A stretch of 39,986 nt of DNA from Candidatus Spechtbacterales bacterium (GTDB lineage: Bacteria > Patescibacteriota > Minisyncoccia > Spechtbacterales > 2-12-FULL-38-22): positions 1 to 39,986 of the forward strand of contig JBBDXP010000009.1 of the NCBI GenBank assembly GCA_040902285.1, given 5' to 3'. The notes beneath the pieces are model-generated. The model was not told the origin of the DNA, made no database searches, and saw only the letters and a program-made list of their open reading frames with translations. Every line of letters starts with the position of its first letter. Within the stretch, counting starts at the first letter, position 1. The translations under genes were made by a program, and so were the position numbers. This document shows positions 27,880-35,877 of this stretch, in pieces.

Positions 27880-27908
27880 TTGACTCTCATGCTGTGGATA
27901 TCTATAGT
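27880..27908 (+). promoter_or_regulatory. Sigma70-type promoter TTGACT-17-TATAGT, part of a ~70-bp module duplicated at 33273-33343
   Basis: ggggttgactctcatgc…gatatctatagttaacctagattgatagtaccttgaaaaaggagg is near-identical to the sequence upstream of the Lon-like gene. AGGAGG lies 5 nt before GTG 27947. Confidence 0.65.
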
Positions 27909-27946
27909 TAACCTAGATTGATAGTACCTTGAAAAAGGAGGACGAA

Positions 27947-29842
27947 GTGGCCGAAGAACCTCAAATACAAAATACTCAAAAGAATTCTAAAGAATTCGAT
28001 GTACTTATCGCAATATCCACAGAACTGCGGGAAAAAGCGAACGGTATGTTAAGTGAGGATTTTGTCCGTCATATAGACGATATAACAGAAAAAGCGGATG
28101 AACTTGAGACCGCGCGAAAACTGCAGGCGCAGGAGGCGTCGAGGGATATCCAGCAAAATAAGCTGGCCTATCTTAATAAAATAAGAGAACTTAGCATAGA
28201 ACTAAATCAACTTAGCCGAATGCTGAGCGCTCTTAAGGAACAGCCCCCGCTGATGTCTGCCAAATTTGTTAGATTTGTCCGTTATCATGAAATAGAAGAA
28301 TACGGCAAGAAGGTAAAGATTCCAGTTGTGGATATTGTAAATTCCAGCGGTTCCAACGCGCGCGTTTTTGTGCATCCGGAGCTGGATGTTTCCAATGTTA
28401 AGTATGGACAGCGCGTTCTTGTAAGCGCGGGCAACATGACTATAATGGAAATTTTGCAAGAATTCGAGGTTATAGGACAAGAAGCATATGTCGAGGCTCT
28501 CTTGGAACCCGATTTTGAAGGTAAGCGTGTTTTGGTATCGGAAGGCCAGCTGGACATGAAAATAGTGGCGCATCTGTCCTCTTCCGTGGAAGATAAAGAA
28601 ATGGAAGAAGGCACTAGGGTTCTTGTAGATACAAAGACATCTTTGGTCGTGGAAGTGCTTCCCGAGCATGAGAGCCGCCGTTACATTGTGGGCGAAATCC
28701 CAAATGTCACTTTTTCTGATATCGGAGGCCTGGACGGCATTATCGCGAGGATAGACGAGCATGTTATATGGCCTATAATCTATCCCGATGTGTGGGAAAA
28801 AATAGGATTGGATTCTCCAAAAGGATTTGTGCTTGCCGGCCCGCCGGGTGTGGGCAAAACCATGATTGCCAAGGCGTTGGTAAACTATCTTAATGAAAAA
28901 CTCGAGGAAGTTCATGGCAAACCCGTACAGGGCCGTTTCTTCCACATTGCCGGACCTGAAATTCAAAACAAATATGTGGGCGAGACCGAACGCATTATGC
29001 GCGAGATATTTGCCCAGGCGGCAAAGAATGCTTCTCCGCTAAGCCCCTCCTTGGTATTTTTTGACGAAGCGGACGCGCTTTTCCCAAGACGCGGTTCGGG
29101 AGTCTCCTCCGATGTTGAAAAGACGAATGTTACCCAATTTACAGCCCTTATGGACGGCCTTGAGACCAGGAGCAACATTATAGTTGTTTTGGCGACAAAC
29201 CGCCCCGAACTTTTGGATCCCGCGGTCATACGGCCCGGGCGCTCGGACTTCACTGTGGATGTTCCGCGGCCCAACGAAGAAGCCGCCAAAGCCATTTTTG
29301 CCAAATACATAAGGCCCGAATGGGGGCAGATAAATCCTAAATACGATCAGGAGGTTTATATTCCAAAAGACAAAAAGGGCAATACGCGCGTTGATGACTC
29401 CGGAAGTGATATAAAACTTTACTTCGGACACAAGCCGCAAGAGGTTGTGGATTATCTTATCGCTAAAGCAACAGCGCGCATGTACGATCTGGACAATCCA
29501 AGAAACAAATTTATCAAACTCAAGTTTAGGGATTATTCGGAAAAAACTCTCCGTTACGGCGATTTTGCCTCCGGCGCTATGATTAAAAATATAGTGGATC
29601 GTGCCAAGAGATTTTCCGTTCATGATCATAAGGTTGGAGGTGAAGAACTCGGGATAACTCTCGTACACCTGTACAAAGCCATTGAAGAGGTCTTTTCTGA
29701 GCTTAGGGGTCCTTCCGGAGCCGGCGATTCCAGCACCTGGCTTGAAATAGAAGGCCATGTCCGCGGAAATAACGTTACGGGAATAGAATTTCTATCCAGA
29801 GATGCGGATGATTCTGACGATGATGAAGAGCCCATTTTATAA
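27947..29842 (+). CDS. ARC/Mpa-like (proteasome-associated-ATPase family) AAA ATPase
   Basis: An N-terminal coiled-coil (…LSIELNQLSRMLSALKEQ…) is followed by a tandem OB-fold inter-domain (…NARVFVHPELDVSNVKYGQRVLVSAGNMTIMEIL…). The single AAA module has Walker A GPPGVGKT, KYVGETERIMREIF, and Walker B/arginine finger VVLATNRPELLDPAVIRPGR. The C-terminus …DDEEPIL has no GQYL/HbYX docking motif. Confidence 0.8.
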   Translation: MAEEPQIQNTQKNSKEFDVLIAISTELREKANGMLSEDFVRHIDDITEKADELETARKLQAQEASRDIQQNKLAYLNKIRELSIELNQLSRMLSALKEQPPLMSAKFVRFVRYHEIEEYGKKVKIPVVDIVNSSGSNARVFVHPELDVSNVKYGQRVLVSAGNMTIMEILQEFEVIGQEAYVEALLEPDFEGKRVLVSEGQLDMKIVAHLSSSVEDKEMEEGTRVLVDTKTSLVVEVLPEHESRRYIVGEIPNVTFSDIGGLDGIIARIDEHVIWPIIYPDVWEKIGLDSPKGFVLAGPPGVGKTMIAKALVNYLNEKLEEVHGKPVQGRFFHIAGPEIQNKYVGETERIMREIFAQAAKNASPLSPSLVFFDEADALFPRRGSGVSSDVEKTNVTQFTALMDGLETRSNIIVVLATNRPELLDPAVIRPGRSDFTVDVPRPNEEAAKAIFAKYIRPEWGQINPKYDQEVYIPKDKKGNTRVDDSGSDIKLYFGHKPQEVVDYLIAKATARMYDLDNPRNKFIKLKFRDYSEKTLRYGDFASGAMIKNIVDRAKRFSVHDHKVGGEELGITLVHLYKAIEEVFSELRGPSGAGDSSTWLEIEGHVRGNNVTGIEFLSRDADDSDDDEEPIL

Positions 29843-29859
29843 AATCGCACATTCTTTTG

Positions 29860-29887
29860 ACCCCCGACTGCAAAGCGGGGGTTTTTA
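29860..29887 (+). terminator. Rho-independent terminator
   Basis: acccccg-actgcaaa-gcgggggt followed by ttttatttt. Confidence 0.75.
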
Positions 29888-29898
29888 TTTTAATAAAA

Positions 29899-29927
29899 TT
29901 GACACACGACCGCCAAACGACTATACT
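29899..29927 (+). promoter_or_regulatory. Sigma70-type promoter TTGACA-17-TATACT upstream of the dop-like gene
   Basis: ttgaca cacgaccgccaaacgac tatact. The 5'UTR attagtaccttaaaaaggagg shares the agtacctt(g/a)aaaaaggagg motif with the ARC and Lon-like leaders. Confidence 0.6.
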
Positions 29928-29962
29928 TAGTGCAATTAGTACCTTAAAAAGGAGGCATAAGC

Positions 29963-31579
29963 ATGCCTGACAAGCCGCGCAAGATAATAATTGGCGCTGA
30001 AACCGAATATGGAATATTTGCGACAGAAAACGGCCAAATACTTGATAATGAGGCCTTAGGACTTGTGAGAGAGGCCGAAAATGTAACCAAAGATTTTTTC
30101 CTTCGCCCGCTTGAGGGCATAGAAGATACCGAAGAACATGAAAATCTTGATTCTATGACTGATGAGGATTTTTTGCGCCAACCGGAAAGTTATCAAAGTT
30201 CCGGAGAAAGGCAGAGGCGCGGCCTTACCGGTTTTGTTCTCTCAAACGGATGCAGATTCTATGTTGATATGGGTCATCCGGAGTATTCAATTCCCGAAAC
30301 AACAAATCCCATGGATGCTCTTGTCGCGCAAAAAGCGGGAGACAGGATAGTTGAGCTTTGCAGAAGATTATTTGAGGAAAGATTAAAGAACGAAAATAGG
30401 AATATTTCGATTCGTTTGGATAAAAACAATAGCGACGGTAAAGGGAACAGCTATGCCGCGCACGAAAATTATTCTCTTACCCCCGAAACCTTTACGGAAA
30501 TAACTAATCGTTATGGGTCAAGAGAGTTGGAAGATATTGTGTTGAATTTTTTCACCACGCGCCAGATAGTGACAGGGGCCGGAAAGGTTGGATACGAGAC
30601 AGGAAGACCCGTTCCATACCAAATAAGCCAGCGTGCGGATTTTATTGAAAAGGAAAAAAGCTTAAACACGGTCGAAAAGAGGGGGATAATAAATTTGCGG
30701 GACCATTCCTATGCCGGATACGATGATGTCCGCAGATTGCATGTTATATGCGGAGACGGCAACATGTCCGAATTGTCTCTGTATCTTAAATTCGGCACAA
30801 CAGCGCTTATTTTAATGATGCTTGAAAGCGGATTTATACAGAGCGAAGGAAGTTCTGTTTTGATTCGCATGCAAAATCCCGTCCGCTCGTATAAAAATGT
30901 ATCAAGAGACCTTTCCCTGGGCCACAAGATATTTTTTGAGGACGGTTCTAAAAGGACCGCTTTAGCCATACAGGAGGAATTTTATTCTCTGGCCAAAAAA
31001 TTTACCGATGGAAACGATATTGATCCTATATGGCGCGATGTCGCAGACAAGTGGGAAAAGGTTTTGCACGGTCTTGCCGGGGAAAGAAATTCTGATGAAT
31101 GGGCCGGCAATCTGGACTGGGTTAAAAAAGAAACCATACTCAAACGGCATCAGGAGAAAAAAGGAGTTTCTCCGCTTCATCACACATGCCGCGCCGTGGA
31201 TCTTCAGTACCACAACATAAATCCCGAAAAAAGCATTTATTGGCGCCTGGCTGAAAGAGGAGACATACTTTTGTTTGCCACCAAAGCCGATATAGAGAGG
31301 GCTATTAATGAGCCACCTTCGGACACAAGGGCGTGGTTCAGAGGGCAAACCGTTAAACAGTTTAGAAATGTTCTGGACGGTATCGGCTGGCAATATATTA
31401 AATTTGCCGATAAATACATTTTTATGGGCAATCCATTTTCTGGTTCAAAAGAAGCAGCAGAGAGTATTTTTGCGGGGGTTTCTTCTCCGGAAGAATTTAT
31501 TGAAAGATTGTCGAAAGCAATTGAACGGAAGGAGAGTGGATTGGAGGGCTTTAGTGTCGGAGAAGGGTGGTTGATATAA
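29963..31579 (+). CDS. dop: Pup-ligase-family protein, Dop-like (depupylase/deamidase-type)
   Basis: The N-terminal IIIGAETEYGIF strand (Dop-type E-Y-G) is followed by a ~45-aa insertion before the conserved RFYVDMGHPEYS block, consistent with a Dop loop. The carboxylate-amine-ligase fold is retained at 538 aa. The Dop versus PafA call is an inference. Confidence 0.7.
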   Translation: MPDKPRKIIIGAETEYGIFATENGQILDNEALGLVREAENVTKDFFLRPLEGIEDTEEHENLDSMTDEDFLRQPESYQSSGERQRRGLTGFVLSNGCRFYVDMGHPEYSIPETTNPMDALVAQKAGDRIVELCRRLFEERLKNENRNISIRLDKNNSDGKGNSYAAHENYSLTPETFTEITNRYGSRELEDIVLNFFTTRQIVTGAGKVGYETGRPVPYQISQRADFIEKEKSLNTVEKRGIINLRDHSYAGYDDVRRLHVICGDGNMSELSLYLKFGTTALILMMLESGFIQSEGSSVLIRMQNPVRSYKNVSRDLSLGHKIFFEDGSKRTALAIQEEFYSLAKKFTDGNDIDPIWRDVADKWEKVLHGLAGERNSDEWAGNLDWVKKETILKRHQEKKGVSPLHHTCRAVDLQYHNINPEKSIYWRLAERGDILLFATKADIERAINEPPSDTRAWFRGQTVKQFRNVLDGIGWQYIKFADKYIFMGNPFSGSKEAAESIFAGVSSPEEFIERLSKAIERKESGLEGFSVGEGWLI

Positions 31580-32976
31580 TGAAAGACAGAGCCGTTGGTA
31601 TAGAAAATGAATTTGGCGTAATGCTTAAGGATGATTTTGGCAATTTTAGTTCTCAAGAGAACGAAATGCTGGCCATTAACAGCATTCCTCGTGAAAATTT
31701 GCCTCAAGGGGGTGGAATGTCCAACGGACGTTTCTGGCTTGCCAACGGAGGCAGTGTATACATAGACCTGGGCCATCCGGAATATGCTTCTCCCGAATGT
31801 CTCAGGTTGCGTGATCTGATTGCTGTAAGCCGCGCGGGAGAGAGGATTTGTTCCCGTATGTTCCATTACGCTGTTAGTAATGGAAGGTATTGGCAGCTTT
31901 TTAAGAATAATTTGGAAATTAGCGCCGAAGGAGGAGAAGGAAATTCGTTCGGATGTCATGAAAATTATCTCATTCACGGATATAAGCCGGAAGACGAGGT
32001 CATGCATACGCATCTTCTTCCCTTTCTGATAACTCGGCAGATATTGGACGGAGCGGGATGGTGGGCTTCGGACGGCAGATTTTCATTTTCTCAAAGAGCG
32101 TTGATTTTGGGCACCGTGGCGGCAATGGGTACCACGGAGGGGATAAGCCGTCCCATCATAAATCTTAGAGACGAGCCCCATATACAGAATAGGGAAGGAA
32201 TGAGCAGGTTGCATCTCATTTTGGGCGATGCCAACATGCTGGACTGGGCCTTGTATCTTAAATTCGGTACCACCTCCCTTGTACTGGCCATGCTTGAAGA
32301 AGGCCATATATTCAGGGATACGTGCCAAAATCCCATTGAAGCCATGCGCAGAGTGGCGTTTGATAAGACCGCGCGGAAACGGCTATTGAAATTTAGCGGG
32401 CGCGGGAAAATGAGCGCGCTAGAAGTGCAGGAATTTTACCTTGCCAAAGCCGAAAAATACGTCTCTATAACTGATTTTGCAAGCTACGAAAGCAGATTGG
32501 AAGCGCTCCAAACCGTGTGCATGTGGCGCGAGGCCTTAAATGCGATAAAAAATCGCGATACCGCATGGATGCTCGGACGGCTTGATTGGGCAACAAAGCT
32601 GTATCTTGGAAACAAAGAGTGGTCGAACAAAAAAAATTCGGGCGCTAGTGAAATGGACATCAAAAAACGCGTTGATATTCTTTATCACGCCGTGACCGAC
32701 ACAAGATTGCGCGACCGAATATATGCCAAGTGGCCGAACAGGCAGCTGGTCGGCGGACAGGAAATTGAGTATATGATAAATAATCCCCCACTGGACACCC
32801 GCGCGAGAATAAGGGCGTTGTTTATTGATCTCTGCTCAAAAAAACAATTCGGCACGGATAAGGACATATCTGTGAATTGGTCCAAAATAGTATATAGAGG
32901 CAAGGCGTTTAACTTGGGATACCCTTTAGACAAGGATAATCTCGAGGTTGAGAAACTTATCAGAAATCTCTTGTAA
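31579..32976 (+). CDS. pafA: Pup-ligase-family protein, PafA-like
   Basis: VGIENEFGVM (PafA-type E-F-G) with no loop insertion; SVYIDLGHPEYASPE; 466 aa. Its ATG overlaps the dop-like stop as TAATG, which suggests translational coupling. The track ORF begins at an upstream GTG (31567). Confidence 0.7.
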   Translation: MKDRAVGIENEFGVMLKDDFGNFSSQENEMLAINSIPRENLPQGGGMSNGRFWLANGGSVYIDLGHPEYASPECLRLRDLIAVSRAGERICSRMFHYAVSNGRYWQLFKNNLEISAEGGEGNSFGCHENYLIHGYKPEDEVMHTHLLPFLITRQILDGAGWWASDGRFSFSQRALILGTVAAMGTTEGISRPIINLRDEPHIQNREGMSRLHLILGDANMLDWALYLKFGTTSLVLAMLEEGHIFRDTCQNPIEAMRRVAFDKTARKRLLKFSGRGKMSALEVQEFYLAKAEKYVSITDFASYESRLEALQTVCMWREALNAIKNRDTAWMLGRLDWATKLYLGNKEWSNKKNSGASEMDIKKRVDILYHAVTDTRLRDRIYAKWPNRQLVGGQEIEYMINNPPLDTRARIRALFIDLCSKKQFGTDKDISVNWSKIVYRGKAFNLGYPLDKDNLEVEKLIRNLL

Positions 32977-33035
32977 AATTGTAAAATAATCTGTAATAAT
33001 AAGAGCAAATGCAACCGGAAAGGAGGATTGCCGTG

Positions 33036-33230
33036 CCGCCGCAAGAGCAGATAAGGCCTAATCGCAAAAGGGACGATTCCAGCGAAGACCAGGAATATGT
33101 CCGCAAAGATAAAGATGATGAAGAAGATTCCTCCGAAGAGGAGCTAGACGATGAGGAGCTGAACATCGACGATCTTTTGGAAGAATCAGAAGAACTTACA
33201 AAGAAGTATAAGCAGAAAGGCGGAGAGTAA
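33036..33230 (+). CDS. pup: Prokaryotic ubiquitin-like protein Pup homolog, C-terminal GGE
   Basis: A GAAAGGAGG RBS lies 6 nt before GTG 33036. The 65-aa product is acidic and low-complexity, ending …DDLLEESEELTKKYKQKGGE. This resembles the actinobacterial Pup C-terminus (…DDLLDEIDDVLE…YVQKGGQ/E) that binds Mpa and is ligated by PafA. The track ORF (33009) adds 9 N-terminal residues from an ATG that has no RBS. Confidence 0.75.
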   Translation, partial: PPQEQIRPNRKRDDSSEDQEYVRKDKDDEEDSSEEELDDEELNIDDLLEESEELTKKYKQKGGE

Positions 33231-33241
33231 GCAGTACTTTT

Positions 33242-33266
33242 AGCCCCGTTTTAACGGGGCTTTTTT
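33242..33266 (+). terminator. Rho-independent terminator
   Basis: agccccg-tttta-acggggc followed by tttttt. Confidence 0.75.
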
Positions 33267-33274
33267 ATTGGGGG

Positions 33275-33303
33275 TTGACTCTCATGCCCTAGATATCTAT
33301 AGT
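33275..33303 (+). promoter_or_regulatory. Sigma70-type promoter TTGACT-17-TATAGT (second copy of the module at 27877-27947)
   Basis: ggggttgactctcatgccctagatatctatagttaacctagattgatagtaccttgaaaaaggagg. AGGAGG lies 7 nt before GTG 33344. Confidence 0.65.
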
Positions 33304-33343
33304 TAACCTAGATTGATAGTACCTTGAAAAAGGAGGTGGTATT

Positions 33344-35818
33344 GTGCCTGCCGAAGAAAGAGACGGTATACGGGAGTTAAATCCTGAAGAGCTTTGCCGG
33401 AAATGGCAGCCCGAAGAGTTTAATTCCGAAGTTGAGCCCGATACGGGATTTTCCAACGGAGTTTGGCTGGGTATCAGCCAAGATCGCTTGTTCAAAGCGC
33501 TTGATTTCGGTTTGAGCAGAGACGCACCGGACCATCATATATTTGTTTCTGGAATAACGGGCCCAACGGTTTTGGAGGCCCTTGAGAAGTTTGTTCTGGA
33601 TTTTGAAAACAAGAACACTGGAGAACTGTCCCAGTTGCGGGATTGGTGCTATGTATATAATTTTGACAATCCCCGCAACCCCGTTGCGATTCCTCTGCCC
33701 GCGGGCAGAGGAAAGGTACTGCGCTTTAAGATGAAAAAGAATCTGTCTCGTTTGCAGGATGCCATACCAAATGCTCTCAACAGCGAGAATGTCGCGCAGG
33801 AACATTTGCGGGCGACCAGTGAATTCAATGATTGGTTTTCGGCCGCGCAGGAGAGCACAAGGAAAAGAGCTGCCGAAAACCAAGAGGCGATAGTGGAGTT
33901 CGGTGATTCCGGCTTTGACGTCAACATCATTCCGTGGCGCTATAAGAGTTTGAACGAAGAAGAAAGGGAAGAGCTGGGCAGAACCCTCGCTTCCAAAGAA
34001 AAACAGCGCGACAGGAACACGATAAGCAAATACATGCCCGAGATTATAGCAATACGGAATGAATTTCTCAAAAGAGATGCAAAGTTGCGCGAGGAATTAA
34101 ACCGAATAAATCAAAGTGCCATAAAAGAAGCCATACAAGGGGTGTTTAGAAGTTTGCGCGGAAAACTCAGCGAAAACAGCAGAAGTACCGCTCTTACAAG
34201 ATATATAGACAGCGTTGAGAAATTTGCCACAGAAAATTACCCAATTTTTCTTCAAGGCAAAAATAAAACGGTACCTAGAGTGGCCAAACAGGAGCCTGAC
34301 ATCTTTATTCCCTGGGAAGTAAATGTGTTTGTCGATAACAGCAACGCCAAAGGCCCGCCCGTTGTCATAGAGCTTGATCCGACATTCGAAAACCTTGTCG
34401 GAAGGATTGAAAAAGTGGTAATGGCGGGTGGAATGGTTTCAACGGACCATACCAGAATAGCAGCCGGTTCGCTCGCGCAGGCAAACGGCGGATATCTGCT
34501 TTTGAATATTCGCGATGTTCTTGTGCGGCCGGGAGCTTACGAAGCTCTTAAGAACGCTGTAAAGAATAAAACTCTGGAAATTTCCGAACTCATGTCCGCT
34601 ATGGGTTATGGTTCAATGTCTTCTCTGGATCCGACACCCATTCCGCTTAATCTTAAGCTTGTAGTTACGGGCATTCGAGGTTTGTGGGAGTATCTTTCAC
34701 ATGCGGATCCGGAATTTTCAAGCATATTTAAGATAAAGGCGGATGTAAATCCGGATGTTGATCGCAGTCCCGACGAGGCATCGGCGTGGGCCCGGTGGAT
34801 GACTAAGCAGTATTCCGAACACGGGCTTCTGCCGCTTGAAAACGATGCCATGGGGCGGATAATTGATTACGCTTCGCGTGTTGCCGGTTCCAAAAAGCGT
34901 ATAGCCACTAATTTTGGGCTTTTGCAGGATTTGATGAGCGAATCTTCTTATGTTGCCAAAAAAGAAGGTGCTGAAAGAATAAGCGCCCAACATGTGCGTA
35001 GTGCCATAGCGGACAGAAAATTCCGACTCAGTTTGTATCAGGAACGCCGTCTTAGGAGCATACAAGAAAGCCACACGCTGATAGATGTAGAGGGTGGCGC
35101 GGTTGGTCAAATTAACGGCTTAGTTATTTTTGGGGGCAGGACTGAAGATGCTTGGTTTGGCGGTCCTAGCCGTATAACGGCGCAGGTTTCTATGGGAAAG
35201 CCGGGTTTTATCAATATTCAGCGAGAATCCAAAATGTCCGGACCTTATCTGGATATGGCCGACGCCATAGTCAACCGTTATCTTATGGGTACATATGCTA
35301 AGAAGTATCCCATTGCTTTACAGATAAGCATCGCCTTTGAGCAATCATATGGCGGGGTGGACGGAGACAGTGCCTCTCTCGCGCAGTTGTATGCCACGCT
35401 TTCGGCTGTGGCCGAAGTGCCAATACGCCAGGATGTTGCCATAACGGGTTCTCTTAACCAAAGAGGGGCCGTGCAGGTCATTGGCGGAGTTAACGATAAG
35501 ATAGAGGGATTTTTTGACGCATGCCTTGCCAAAGGCGGGCTTTCGGGAACCCAGGGAGTTATTATTCCCGAAGGCAATGTTTCTGATTTGATGCTTCGCG
35601 AAGATGTGGTTGAAGCTGTCCAAAATGGCAGGTTCCATGTTTGGGCAGTAAGCCATGTGAGCGGAGGTATCAAGATTCTACTGGGTATGCCCGCAGGAGA
35701 GCGTGATAACGAAGGCAAATTCCCCGAAGGTACATTTAACGCGATTGTGGATGAAAAACTGCAAAGTTATGCCCGCAACGCGAAAAACTTCTTTAAAGAT
35801 GAAGAAGCGGAAAAATAA
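33344..35818 (+). CDS. Lon-like (S16 family) serine protease with a degenerate AAA-like domain lacking Walker A (LonC-like)
   Basis: The C-terminal protease domain has DGDSASLAQLYATLSAV (compare the Lon PKDGPSAG catalytic Ser block) and ITGSLNQRGAVQVIGGVNDKIEGF (compare the Lon TGEITLRGRVLPIGGLKEK catalytic Lys block). No GxxxxGK[ST] motif occurs anywhere in the 824 aa. Confidence 0.7.
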   Translation: MPAEERDGIRELNPEELCRKWQPEEFNSEVEPDTGFSNGVWLGISQDRLFKALDFGLSRDAPDHHIFVSGITGPTVLEALEKFVLDFENKNTGELSQLRDWCYVYNFDNPRNPVAIPLPAGRGKVLRFKMKKNLSRLQDAIPNALNSENVAQEHLRATSEFNDWFSAAQESTRKRAAENQEAIVEFGDSGFDVNIIPWRYKSLNEEEREELGRTLASKEKQRDRNTISKYMPEIIAIRNEFLKRDAKLREELNRINQSAIKEAIQGVFRSLRGKLSENSRSTALTRYIDSVEKFATENYPIFLQGKNKTVPRVAKQEPDIFIPWEVNVFVDNSNAKGPPVVIELDPTFENLVGRIEKVVMAGGMVSTDHTRIAAGSLAQANGGYLLLNIRDVLVRPGAYEALKNAVKNKTLEISELMSAMGYGSMSSLDPTPIPLNLKLVVTGIRGLWEYLSHADPEFSSIFKIKADVNPDVDRSPDEASAWARWMTKQYSEHGLLPLENDAMGRIIDYASRVAGSKKRIATNFGLLQDLMSESSYVAKKEGAERISAQHVRSAIADRKFRLSLYQERRLRSIQESHTLIDVEGGAVGQINGLVIFGGRTEDAWFGGPSRITAQVSMGKPGFINIQRESKMSGPYLDMADAIVNRYLMGTYAKKYPIALQISIAFEQSYGGVDGDSASLAQLYATLSAVAEVPIRQDVAITGSLNQRGAVQVIGGVNDKIEGFFDACLAKGGLSGTQGVIIPEGNVSDLMLREDVVEAVQNGRFHVWAVSHVSGGIKILLGMPAGERDNEGKFPEGTFNAIVDEKLQSYARNAKNFFKDEEAEK

Positions 35819-35843
35819 ATACGGTAATAAATTTGAACATTTT

Positions 35844-35871
35844 AGGCCCGCGCAAAGCGGGCCTTTATTTT
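35844..35871 (+). terminator. Rho-independent terminator
   Basis: aggcccgc-gcaaa-gcgggcct followed by ttatttt. Confidence 0.75.
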
Positions 35872-35877
35872 CGTATA

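Noticed and set aside
28202-29758. Minus-strand ORFs of 239-254 aa inside the ARC ATPase gene
   Set aside because: They are antisense to a well-supported AAA+ coding sequence, with no RBS and no recognisable domains.
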